DNA of 64,000 nucleotides from Rhizophagus irregularis (Eukaryota): NCBI RefSeq assembly GCF_026210795.1, contig NC_089436.1, positions 310,001 to 374,000 of the forward strand, read 5' to 3'. Shown piece by piece: positions 1 to 12,344 of this stretch (position 1 is its first letter; each line of letters starts with the position of its first letter). The notes under the pieces were generated by a model. It saw only the letters and a program-made list of their open reading frames with translations, ran no database searches and was not told where the DNA came from. The position numbers and the translations under genes were made by a program.

Positions 1-2604
1 GGTTCAGAATTAGAAAGTCTTGACTCTACAAATTATCCTTCATTAACACATCCTATAGAATTATCTGTTAATTCAAAATTTAGTTCGTGGGAAATTGCTG
101 AACATTATCTAAAGGAATATGGAAGGCAAAAGGGATTTGTAGTTAATAAATACCGAGTTGAATATATTCAATTATCAAACTCAACTGTTCAAATTCCCAG
201 AAGAAGAACATTTGCTTGTGAATATGCTGGAAAGTACAAACCTAACTATAAGTCTAAGCAAATTGATCAACAACGTAATAAAGGGTCAAAAAAAACTGAT
301 TGTAAATGGCGGGTTCACTTGAGTAAAACTATAAATAATAATTTCATTCATGTAACGTCTATCCATCTTGAACACAACCACAAAATACTTGCTGATAATA
401 CACAATTTGCTACAACATTCCGAAAATTTAATCAATCTATAATGAATGAAATTGAACATGCAGTTATACATGGACGTTGTGATGCATATACTATAAGAAA
501 TCTATTACAACCATTATTTCCTGACCAGCTTTTTCTTACACAAGATCTTTCAAATGCAATTCAAAAAATTAAACGTGAAAAAAAAATAGCTGGAACAGAT
601 GCTTCTCATTTGTTAAAATTTCTCCTTGAATGACAAAAAGAAGAACCTATGATGTTTGTTCAACCTTTAATAAATGCGGATAGTGATAGACTGTGTGGTA
701 TATTTTGGATGACGGAAAATCAAATTATTTTGTGGACGCGTTATTCAGATGTTATTTTACACGATAATACCTCTAGAACTAATAGATATAACTGTCCATT
801 ATCTCTATTTATACTTGTTGATAATGATGGTAAATCACGTTTAGGAGCACAAGCTTTTTTAAATGATGAAACTCAGGAAAGTTATGAGTGGATTTTACAA
901 CAAACGCTAAATGCAACAGGAATTGAACCAAAAGTTATAATCACTGATATGGATCCTGCAATGGATGTGGCATGTCAAACTACGTACAAAAATGCGTATC
1001 ACATACATTGCATTTGGCATATGACCCAAAATTTACCTAAACGTCTCAAAAATAAACTTGGTGCTGCAGATTTTAAGATATTTTTTCATGATTTTTGGAA
1101 AACTCGCAATTCACTATGTGCAGAGGTTTTTGAACAACGATTTCAAGCTTTATTAAATAACTTTCCCAGTGGCAGTGATTATTTACATGACCCAATATAT
1201 TCAACACGCCATTCATGGGCACGAGCATTTACAAACAGAATATTTACAGCTAGTATACAGTCAACACAGCGTGTGGAGTCAATAAATGCCATTATTCATA
1301 AAGTTGTTAATTCTAGCTCTACAATGGCAGAAGTAGCTGAGGCATTAGATTCTCGAATGCAAAAAGAAGAAATAAACAAGAATTTTATAGCATGGAAATA
1401 CAAATCAACAATATATCATCAGCCATTTGTTGTGGAAAATTTTTTTAGTAACGTTAATAATATAGTTCAAAAATATTTTTCACCAAGAATTGTTGGGGAA
1501 ATACATAAACAAATGTGCGAATCAATAATTTATAAATGTGAAAAACTAGATATTAAAGATGCATTTGAGTTTATTGAGGATCAACTGGTGAGTAAAAAAT
1601 TAAAATTATAGTAGAATGATATAATAAATGTTTAACTAGTACTATTATGTATATATTTTTAGGATCAAAATGAAATTCCCGAAAATCAAGAAAGCCAAGG
1701 AACGTCAAATGATCAAGAAGAAACCAATAATATTGAAGATTATTACGATTTTCGCCAGACATACTTAAAATCATTGTTAAATTCAGTACCAAAAGAAATG
1801 ATTAAAGAAGTATGGCGTATCATTCCATATATGGTGCCAAGTTCATATCAGCATATTATTATTCTTAACGATGGAACCCATTTATGTACATGCTTGTTAT
1901 TGGTTTCATATGGAATTATTTGTCGTCATTATTTTAAATTAATGATTGAAAATCCAAACGCATTATTCCATATAATGCTAATGCCAACAAGATGGCTTCT
2001 GGATGACGCTTGGAATCACATTGACTCTATTTTTAATGAAGCTTTTATCGGAACATCATCTAAAAATTTAAAGCCAATTCATGATGATAATATTGATCAA
2101 AGGATTTATCTTAATCCTAGGCATATTAATCACGTTCAAGAAGTAGAAATTCGTTATTATACACAAAAAAAAGTAGATTATGGTCGAATTATGGGACATT
2201 TTAAGAAAGCACTAAACTATTCATTTGATAATAACGATCAAAAAAATTTAGATGATATTATACTAGCTTACATTGCGGAAAAAGAAACTATTATGACTCA
2301 ATTAGAAAGGGGAAATGTTCTTAAAGACAATAATACAAATAATCAATTAAAGTTGTCTGATGGTCGTACATATGATGTAGATGATATTGGAAATCCATTA
2401 AAACGTCAAGGAAAAGGGAGACCTGCTACTAAGCGATTAAAAGCTTGTAATGAACAAAAAAATAAGGCGAGTACGACACAAAAATCACAAAAAGAGAATG
2501 TACTATATGAAGAAAATATTGAAAATTCAAATGGGCGTAAATGTGGTTTGTGTCATAAAATGGGTCATTATGCTCCCAAGTGTCCCAATAAGAAAAACGT
2601 ATAA
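1..2604 (+). mobile_element. Mutator-like (MULE/FAR1-type) transposase gene, 5' end outside window; one in-frame TGA at 631-633; intron 1588-1662
   Basis: Frame +1 is open from base 1 (FSSWEIAEHYLKEYGRQKGF..TFACEYAG..KTDCKWRV..LEHNH, FAR1/WRKY-GCM1-like DNA-binding domain). It continues through the MULE core (HDNTSRTNRY, IITDMDPAM, HIHCIWHM, STQRVESIN), a SWIM finger (CTC..GIICRH) and a C-terminal zinc knuckle (CGLCHKMGHYAPKC). A GTGAGT...TTTAG intron joins the ORFs in frame. Confidence 0.9.
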
Positions 2605-3504
2605 TATTTTAACAATTAAATAAAGTAATAATTTTTACTGTGTATAAATAATAATTTTTTAGTACATGTAAGCTAATTTATTAAGAGTTGAACAATATAC
2701 AAATACAATTCTGAATTTCTAATATTTAAACTAACCTATAAAGGATATAATCCCACGAAAATCCTTATCATAAAACACTATTCATACCCTTCGTTGATTT
2801 ATAAAATAGTGTGTTGAATTTCATTTTGTTTATTTCTGTATAAGCAAGGCTGTACGTCTAATCTTTACATTATGTTAATATCTAAATAAAAATTGGGCAT
2901 TAGTTTGCGAGTTCAGAATTTCATTGCAAATGCACAACCACGACTAAAATATTCATACTTGTTTGTATAAATACCTCTTTCTATACTCCTCTTTCAAACA
3001 CTTCGGATGCAATAAAAGGTGGCTTATCTATTATATGTGGTCGCACAGATCTGTTGTGCATTTATTCCAAAATAAATCTCAAAAATATCAAGTGTTTCCT
3101 GATGAAAAGTTTTGCCATTATCATATAAAAGAAAAGCAAAAACTAATTCTTTAAATTGAAGTATAAAAACGTATATACTTTTAATAAAAAAAAAGAATTT
3201 GTTTGATTGCTACTTGATTAAACTAATGAATTATATAAGAAAAATGATTAAAATCCAAGTTAATTTAAGTTATTAAAATTGATGAATAAAGAGAAATTTT
3301 ACCTTCTTAAGCCACTGAAAAACACATCTAGATTCTTTAAAAGCAAAATCCATTAAAGATATTTGACAGAATTGCGTATCTTAGGAAATTCTTGCTATTT
3401 AATAGATTAATAAATAAGTTAGCTGTTGAGCACAATAAAGTAATACTATTTAACACCAATAAACTAATGCGCAATAATATAATGCTTTGTGACGTTAATT
3501 AATA

Positions 3505-3588
3505 TACATCTAACGCTATTTAACGTCACCTAACTAATAAATAATGTACATTTAACGCTATCTAACATCACCTAACTAATAAATAATG
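3505..3588. repeat. Tandem 42-bp direct repeat (2 copies), possibly subterminal to the MULE element
   Basis: tacatctaacgctatttaacgtcacctaactaataaataatg vs tacatttaacgctatctaacatcacctaactaataaataatg. Confidence 0.75.
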
Positions 3589-4673
3589 CTATTGACGTTA
3601 ATTGTTAAGAAATTAACGCTATTAAAACTCTAAATTAATTTTTTTTAAGCACTTTCAATAGTATTTCAGTAGTATTTCACAAAAAAAAAATGTGCGCAAT
3701 TGACTAACCTGTGGAGTGTTATCATTTTCCATGTTTCACGAATCACTGCTTGAGCCGTGTAACCCAATTTCTTTATGATAATTGAACAATTAAAGTTTTT
3801 GAGCTACTTTACTAGTACATAAAAGTATTTTTAAATGTTAAGAAGCAACTTTAACGCGTTTTTAAGCAAAAAAACAGGTTGTTTTTTTTATTTAAAAAGA
3901 GTGTTAGAAAAAAAAACTATCGACGAAGCTATAAAATTGTTTATATTTATTGTAACACAATAATCGTGCTATATTTTAATTGGATTTATCACGTGATAAA
4001 TAAAATGGGGGTAGCGATGTCATCGCACGTGCGATGAATAAATTTTCTCTTAATAATATATCATTTTTATTTTGATTTCTAATTTATTTTGAACCATGTG
4101 TTAATTTAATAACAGTTATGATTTATTATATAGTATTTCTTAATTTATCATATAGTGTATTCTACTTGTCAAAAATATGAAGCTTTTATTATTTATTTAT
4201 TTTTTTTTTCTAATGAAAAAGAATATGAATGAATATCAGATAAACTTTAATGTCCATTAATAAAAGTTATTGTGCAATTATAATTTTTTAAATTGTAACA
4301 TACTACATAATGTTATTATTAAAATTTATAACTTGATTCTCAACCCATTAACTTCATCAGGAAATTTTTTTATATGTAAAAAATATGCAATATTTTGTGC
4401 ATGAAAAAACTGATTTGCACACCCTGAAAATGCACATTAATGCATATTTAATATATATAATGTATTTTCCACACAATATATTGTAAAAAAATTTGTTAAT
4501 TTTTATATAAATTTGTACAAAGAATTATACATATAATATTGTTAGTTATATTGCATAAATTTCGAGAAATTTAACTATTTGTGCAATATTGAATACCCTG
4601 AAAATTTTGTGATGTTGTTAAACAAAATCATATACAAATTATGAAATGTATTTTGTACATGTTTATTTACATC

Positions 4674-5295
4674 AGCATAGCGGACATGCTCATATCACCT
4701 TGCCGATCATTTGCTGATCACTAATTCCGGATTTTAAAAACTTATTGCAAAATCACAAATATTTTTCAAATTATGTGGCAAAAAAATAATGGAAATCTAA
4801 GTAAAAACACTAAATTATCATATGACTTTAATTATGTAATTATTAGACAATTTTTAATAATATCATAAAAATATTATTTGTATATGGTAATTCACTAATT
4901 ATTGCCGATCATCAGACAAAAATTGAAATGCGAAGATGAATATGTGAGTGCGAAACTTAAGAATTTGCACAAATATTCTTTATATTATGTAGAATATATA
5001 AAAAAAATAATGCAGTGATCTGATTCATAATGCAGGTTTTTTATTAGTAACATAATTAGTGAATAATTTCGTAAAATGAATAAATATATGCCAAATAATA
5101 ATAAAATCTAATGAAATTTAATACACAATAAATTAAAACTAAATTTAAGTTATTTGTGAAATTTGAACATATTAATTATTATGTAGATTTTTTTAGCAAC
5201 GGTATTTATATTATGTGATAATTGAATAAATGATCGGCAAATGATCGACAAATGATCAGTCAGTATTGTGATAAAATAGGGATGTCCGCTATGCT
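4674..5295. mobile_element. Non-autonomous Mutator-like MITE (622 bp) with 14-bp TIR and 9-bp TSD
   Basis: Termini AGCATAGCGGACAT...ATGTCCGCTATGCT. ATTTACATC flanks both sides (4665-4673 and 5296-5304). Subterminal TTGCCGATCA/TGATCGGCAA motifs are present. Confidence 0.9.
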
Positions 5296-5634
5296 ATTTA
5301 CATCCTTAAAGTCATTAAAATTCTGAAATTATAAGCAATTTGTAGATTAAATGCTTAATAATTAAATAAATCCAGTTAAACTAGTATTTAGAATTTTACC
5401 ATATGTATTCAAATACTTATATTATTAAGATTTTGGAGAAAAGTCACGCCTTTTCATATATAAAAAAAATATATATAAAATAATTAATTTATACCTAATT
5501 TCACACATAAACTCTGTGCTTCTATTAATAATATTATTATCATTATTGTTATATACGGTTAGTAAAAAGAGAAAAAATTTAGATAATATTTTCATTTATA
5601 TAAAAAGTCCTGATTTACTTACTTTTATATATTA

Positions 5635-5757
5635 CCGTATTTTACGGTATATAAGCACCCCTTTTTGCACTTGATGCCGGCCAAGATCCTCATAATTTTG
5701 GCCATAATTCTGGCCGGGTGCTTACTTTTGGGGGTGCTTACTTACCGCAAAATACGG
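5635..5757. mobile_element. Tc1/mariner-superfamily (pogo/Tc2-like) MITE, 123 bp, TA TSD
   Basis: TA|CCGTATTTTACGGTATATAAGCACCCC ... GGGGTGCTTACTTACCGCAAAATACGG|TA, imperfect ~27-bp TIR. Confidence 0.8.
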
Positions 5758-6246
5758 TAATATAAAACTGAAAATCTATTAACATAAAAACCTAAGTTCG
5801 GAATTTTTTTTTAAAAAAAATGCATAGAAAACTTTTTTGATAGTAGCACTGTAGCAACATAATGAACTAATGAACAATATTACCTTAATAATGGTTATAA
5901 TTAAAATAACAGGATGTATACAGACTGGAAGATAGGAGAACAAATTGAGCAAAAAAATATTTTTTTTAATTACTTGAAGAAAGTAAATATTACTAACAAT
6001 GGCATTTGATTTAGGAAATTAAATATAAAAAGTTAAATTTTGATCAACTAATCCAAATTATATTTTCTAGTTTTATTTTATACATATAAATTACCTTGAA
6101 CAATTCACAGTACTATTAACAATATATAAAAATTATCTTCAAACTAATCTGGTTAGGTGAATTGACTGAATCATACTGTCAATAAATTAGTCATCACATC
6201 AATTATATATTCTTTTTTGTTAACTTTGATTTCTAATTGTAATAAT

Positions 6247-7679
6247 ATGTTGAAAAAACATTTTCCAAAGATATTTCCTCTATTTAAGAAAAATGTAAAG
6301 AAAAATGGTAAAAGATAAAAAAAATTCTCTTATTATCTTTCATTTTATTTATTTTTAATATATATATATATTTATAATACATTAATCTAATAAGCAAATA
6401 GAAGTTATGAGATTACACCTGAGTTAGAAAAAATTTGGACTGAAGAAAAGAAAAAATGGGACAACTTTGCAGAGAAAAGGGCCGTAAGAATGACTTCTAA
6501 AAATTCTAAAAGAAATGTTAAAATATCAGAAGCATCAGGTAAATATTATAAGCTAGAAATATTTAAAAATTATTTATTTTTTAACTAAATATTTAAATCA
6601 TTTTAGAATTAAAACCAATACCATTGAGATCATCCTCACCTAATTTCAATGAGGCACTAAGAGTGAGCATTCAATCAGCTTTAGTTAAAGATCATGTTAT
6701 TCCTGAAGTTAAAGGTATAAATTATACCAAGTTATTTAAAAATTTCTAATCTTTATAATTTCAAAATTCTAATATTAATAATTAATTATGTTTAGTCACT
6801 AATTTCCCAAAAGAATATGTTCTTCCCAAAATCAATATTGGCATGCTTTTAAGTCAAGATTTTAATATTGAAAGACTTGATGATATTTTTGATAATGACA
6901 CTTCAAATATAAAAAATATAAAAGATATTCAAACATTTATTAACTTACTATATAGTGCTGTACAGAACAGACTTGTATCAGGAGAAACAAACAATAACTC
7001 ATTAGTAAATAATTTACTTCAAATTAGTAAATTAGATACCTTGCCCTTTAACAAAAAGTAAGTTTTTATTTTAATTTTTTTTCTAACACAATATTTTAAT
7101 GTTTTACCAAAAATTTAATTTCAAAAAATCCAGAACTCGAATTCGTTCATCATGCAAACTATTTGATGGTGGTAATCTTTATGAATCATTATATCCTAAA
7201 CTTCCTGAATTAATTGTAGATTATAACAAACGTAAAGCAATGATAGTTGTGGTTAGTATAACCTTATTATGTTTTAAAAATAGCATTTGATAGCTTTTAA
7301 TTTTTTTTTTTTTTAATAGAATGAATATCCGTATAATTTTGATAAAAATATTTCCGAAATACGAATTGCTGCTGAAATATTCTCATGTGGTAATGAAACT
7401 AGACGTAGAACTTTTAAAAATTCAGAACAGATTATATTTGCTGTTCGCTTTATTTCTACTTATGTTACATTCTATAAGGCTGTAATTTCTACAGAATATT
7501 GGAAGGAGCTTGATAATGGCTTACCATTAGATCAGTCTATTTTAATTAAAAGATGGCCACAAAAAAATGGTTTGCGAACTGGTCTTGATATTACAGATCC
7601 AAATGAAAGACAAGAAGTGTTATTAGCATTAGCTAAAATTCGACAATTTATTTTGCAAGATGCTAGTTATAGTAGGTGA
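6247..7679 (+). CDS. Six-exon hypothetical protein of a Glomeromycota-expanded family with a PD-(D/E)xK/REase-like C-terminal domain
   Basis: Exons join in frame across GT-AG introns (donors near 6308, 6539, 6715, 7057, 7252). The last exon 7320-7679 reads NEYPYNFDKNISEIRIAAEIFSCGNE..QIIFAVRFISTYVTFYKAVISTEYWKELDNGLP..RWP..GLDITDPNERQEVLLALAKIRQ. The start codon and first acceptor are uncertain. Confidence 0.7.
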
Positions 7680-8057
7680 TTGATTATGGTTTTTTGTAAA
7701 AGATATTAAATAATATTTTATAATTATAGGATAGTAAATTGTTCATTTTTTAAAATTGATGCTGTTATTATATATTTCATTATAAATTAAATGATATTAA
7801 TAATAATTATAATTAAAGTTTATGATAATTTCAGCCGAAATTATAATTGTCTTGATAGATTAATAATTTTTAATATATTAAATATTGATATCAGAAGATA
7901 ATCAAATTTTTAACAAACTATTATTTAAACTTATTTTGCAATTGCCAAAATCATTACATGATTGATTTAGTTTATAGAGATAGGTGAAAAAATTCCAAAA
8001 GGGATGATCATTATTTGTATTTATACCACATCTCATAATAATCGTTCATGATTTTCC

Positions 8058-8307
8058 TTATTGTCCGGAGCGTAGCGAAGGACTTTCTATTGTAGAGCAC
8101 TTATAACCGTATTAACGATTTTGGATTAACCCATGAAATTTTCCTTTCGTCCATCCGCTAACGTCACCTCACTAATTACCCCTGCTTTTTTCCTTTCTTG
8201 ATATGTATCACTTTTTGCTTGTTTCACGTATTTTTATATTATGCTATTTTTCGTAAACAATTTTTTTTAATAAACACGACGGACTTTAACGGTTTCCGTT
8301 TTCCTAG
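8058..8307 (+). mobile_element. Putative Helitron/Helentron-derived non-autonomous element
   Basis: 5' TTATTGTCCGGAGCGTAGCGAAGGAC; 3' CGGAC, then hairpin AACGG-TTT-CCGTT, then CTAG followed by TTT. Confidence 0.5.
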
Positions 8308-8758
8308 TTTATATTTTTATGGATGATGTTATTTAAATCTATCAATAGTTAAAAATTGCCGTGGTAAAAACGGCGTCGTGATGGTGATCTACAGCTTATA
8401 ACTAACGATATTTATGTGAAGTTGTTATCTTTGAATAAAAAAAAAAAGTATTTCATAAATATGAACAAAAACAACGCGAGACTTACTTAGGCAAAACTTA
8501 GTATAATTTTATTTATTTTTATTTTAATGTCATAAATTGTCATAAAGAATTTAAATTTACTATTCAAATTTGATTTATTACGCACGTAAATGACGTAATA
8601 GAGTTATTCACCATAAATTGTATTTTGTTATATATAAACTTATAAATAATTATAAAATCATATAAATAATTTAATGCAATATAAACATAATACTGAAAAT
8701 TACTACGTGTAAAATTTCAAACTTTTGAAACTTAATAGTAACAATTAACTCTTCAAAC

Positions 8759-9874
8759 TTAATTCTCCTTATTCAATATGTCTTTCATCACCTTAGAATA
8801 AATTTGGCATTCTCGTTCTACATCTTTCCATTTTTTTTCAATTGAGTTGACAATTTTGTCTTTTTTATAACGCTTCTCTACTTCTTCTAATTTTTCGAGT
8901 TTTTTTATGAGATCATTAATTCTTAAAATTTGACTTTCCCAAAATCTTTCAATTGGGCTGATCTCTTCAATTATTAAATATAAATTTTTCGTAAATGATT
9001 TTATTTTCCTAACCAATTCGTCAACTTCAATATCTAATTCTTTTTCAAGATCTTTAATTTTCCCCTCCTTTTTACCAGCTCTGATATATTCTACAAAACT
9101 ACAAAATGTGTTTATAGCAAGAGATGAACCAAAAAACGTAGCAATGCCTTCAGCGGCCGCAGCCGTAGTTGCTGCCGCGGGTCCAACTAAACATCCAATT
9201 CCAGCGATAACTGCAATTGTACCAAAAGTATAAGAACTTGCTTTGCAATTATTTTTTTCAATTTCTTCTTTTACGATTTTAATATTTGTATCTGACTCAA
9301 TTAAATATGGATGTTGTTCAATAATCACAATATATTCTGATAAAAAAATTTCAATCATGGTTAATTTATTCACAATTCCAAAATTTGTAGGTTCATAATT
9401 TTTAATATCTTCAAGGATTTTGCCCATATCTTCAGTTTCATTAACATTTTTTTCTTTAGTAACTATAATATTTTTTAATTCTTTAATTAATCTATCATTT
9501 TCTTTAGATTTTATCAAAAGGTCATTTAATATTTCTAAATATTCTTCATTGGAATAACGATTATTTTTAAAACTATCCGCGAAAAACAAAATATCATTCG
9601 CATATTCTTCTAAATTTTCGCTAAATTTGGTTGAACCTTTTACGAATTTACGAAAAATTTTACGTTGTTCTTTAATTTGATGAACGGTAAATTCCATGAT
9701 CATATTATTATCAAATTTAAATTCTTCACAACATCTTTTAAAATTTTCCATAACTGATCGAGTTTTTTTACCAAAATCTGTCATATTAGGTGGCGTATCA
9801 TCCTGAGCATTTTCATAATTTTCGAAAGGGTCATCGTTATGAAATTCAGATTGAGATTCATCAAAATTGGTCAT
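8759..9874 (-). CDS. Intronless 371-aa helical/coiled-coil protein with central Gly/Ala-rich hydrophobic segment; candidate ClyA/Hbl/Nhe-like pore-forming protein (paralog A)
   Basis: Long ORF with an A-rich context before ATG. Hydrophobic segment GTIAVIAGIGCLVGPAAATTAAAAEGIATFFGSSLAI; C-terminal FW...KKWKDV. Clear paralog of 29534-30577. The CDS is confident, the function is inferred. Confidence 0.85.
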   Translation of the reverse strand: MTNFDESQSEFHNDDPFENYENAQDDTPPNMTDFGKKTRSVMENFKRCCEEFKFDNNMIMEFTVHQIKEQRKIFRKFVKGSTKFSENLEEYANDILFFADSFKNNRYSNEEYLEILNDLLIKSKENDRLIKELKNIIVTKEKNVNETEDMGKILEDIKNYEPTNFGIVNKLTMIEIFLSEYIVIIEQHPYLIESDTNIKIVKEEIEKNNCKASSYTFGTIAVIAGIGCLVGPAAATTAAAAEGIATFFGSSLAINTFCSFVEYIRAGKKEGKIKDLEKELDIEVDELVRKIKSFTKNLYLIIEEISPIERFWESQILRINDLIKKLEKLEEVEKRYKKDKIVNSIEKKWKDVERECQIYSKVMKDILNKEN

Positions 9875-10255
9875 TTTTATAGTGAAAAAAAAAAAAAATG
9901 ATACGAATTGTATTTTTTAATTGGAAAATATTCGTTAAATATCGTTAAAGTTTGAAATTCGACAATCAAATTTGTAGCAATTATTATAGCATTTTCACAC
10001 AATATGTAATACAATATTCTGTTACGCTACATATGGCTCAACTTTAAATATTAGAGGCAAATCAACTTGTCAATTAAATTACTTAATAAGAGAAAGTTTA
10101 CTAAAGATCATTACTGGAAATTTTGAAATTGCTCAACGTACAGTACATGGATGTTTTCAAGGCCAGAATTATATAATGATTAACCAAAAATGACATATTT
10201 ACGCCATTTTACGGTGTTGCAGACATAAAAATACGATTAATAATTTTTATATGAA

Positions 10256-10720
10256 AATGTCAATTAAAGATTCTAATTTTGTTAGAAAATTATATTGCTA
10301 AAGAATGTATCAAATTTTATGAATATACAGACTTAAAAATGTACAAAACATAGGAAAAGGATCTTTTGGAGGTGTCGTGCGTATTAATTGGAAAACCATT
10401 GGTCATTTTTATCTAGGCATTTTAATGAGCTTGATTGGAGTGATAAAAATCAATTTACAAATTAGCGAGATCATTCACCGTGATCTAGTAATATATTCAA
10501 ATTTTAATTATTAATTATATTTTAAAATATAATTTAAGAAAACCAAATCATAATTTTTATATTTTATAGCATGCAAACAATATACTTGTACCAAGTAATA
10601 CATCAGACCGCCCCGATATGGTGATATGCAAAAAGTCGTATTAATTCTTAAATAAATAATTTCTCCTCGACAAAGTAATGAATAACGAATAATGATTTAG
10701 AATCCAATGATGAAATGATA
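10256..10720 (+). pseudogene. Heavily deleted protein kinase (TKL) relic
   Basis: Fragments translate to IKFYEYTD, IGKGSFGGVVRINWK, FNELDWSDK, IIHRDL|intron|HANNILV, DRPD and MQKVVLILK, with frameshifts and large deletions between them. Confidence 0.75.
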
Positions 10721-11506
10721 CATATAAATGAAGGTCAAGTATATCATATTTATCATATAAAGAAATGAAATTCGTTACAATGTTATCTTAATGAATCGTC
10801 AAGACCTTCATGAGAATTGAGGATGCTGGTTTGTCATCATTAGATTGTGTTTTTTCTTTGTATTGTTGAATTGTCAATCATGATTGCGATGCCCATGAGT
10901 TGATCTAACAGTTAGCACGCAATTTATAACAAACTAAATATAAGGGTCCATCTTATAATGCTGGTAAATTTGAAAAATCTCCATTTAAAACTCCAACAAA
11001 TACTACACTTGAAATATGTGTTGGCCTACCTCTTTCGTATTATAATTTTTTATCCTTTCGATCGATAAATATTTTAAAATTTTTGATGTAAAGTCTTAAA
11101 TAAAATAAATTATTTTTTACAAATTTTACAACAAATGTGAAACAAATTAAAGTGAATAAAATAAAGTATATTTAAATATAAAATTAGATTGTTTACATAT
11201 ATTATATATATAATTATATATAACTAAAAAATATTGATATTTAGATTACCCTCCATATAAATACATAACTTGAATTAGTCTGCGCCATGTGGTCATCGTG
11301 TGAACGTAAAATTTTTGACTAATGCTAATCCAGCCATTTCCATCATCTCAGGACATGGTTAAAAATTTTTTTTTGGTTGTTTCTTTAACGGTTAAACCGA
11401 GATAACGGTTACTTTCCTTTTACGGGTTTTGAAAACTAGATTTATTTTTTTTTCGCTCTCTCCAGTTTTTAGAAACCGTATTTTTTTCTATTTATGGATA
11501 ACAAGT

Positions 11507-11605
11507 AGTGTCCTAAGACTAATATGTCCTAAGACATTAATTAATATGTCCTAGGATGATATAATCAACTAATTAATATGTCTTAGGATGTTATAATCAA
11601 TTAAT
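11507..11605. repeat. Short tandem repeats of an (ATTAAT)ATGTCCTA(A/G)GA motif, likely a TE terminus
   Basis: tgtcctaagac / tgtcctaagac / tgtcctaggatg / tgtcttaggatg repeated with ATTAAT linkers. Confidence 0.55.
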
Positions 11606-12344
11606 AAATGATAGAACAAAATGGTCGTCAGTTATGCATAGAACAATTAGAACATGCAGAGTCAGAAATAAATTAACAATGTTGATTAAAACTCACCAAA
11701 AGTTTATGTTTTCCGTTTAATAAGGTCCTCGAATTTTCTGAACAAAAATAGATATTAGCTTTACAAGCTATGAAACACTCCCTTGCAAATGCCCGAAAAA
11801 ATATATTCCATTCATACCTTAATTGTGAAGTGTCTCGTCCGAACTTTAATAATTTTTTCGTCAACACCTCCTAAACTACGGTAGATCGGTTTCTTTTTAA
11901 TGAGTTCATGCTCGGAGAAAATAGCACGACGGCTTGGGGTCGGAATAAGAAAAAAAAGTTGTTTACGTAAAATCTTAAATTGTTGTTGTACAACCGAAGA
12001 ATTAATAAATACCTCGTGAATGCAATCTGAGTAACGTATGAATCACTTTTTTTAATAAATTAATTTTATAATGATATAAGCACAGTAAAAAAAAAGTTTG
12101 TATAATGATATAAGCATAGTAAAAAAAAAGTTTATAAATATAGACTTTCTTTATACTATGTTTATATCATTATATTATATTTCGTGTCACCAATTAAGAG
12201 TTTATAAAGATCATTTTACAATTAATCACGATGTATTCAGAAAAGTATATATATACCTATATCTCTAAATACTTTCCTTTCTAGCTTCCTTTCTCTAAAA
12301 TATATTTTATCACTTACAGCACTTACAGCACTTACAGAAACACA

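Noticed and set aside
2640..3160. Second gene inside the MULE element
   Set aside because: Only short stop-interrupted frames on either strand.
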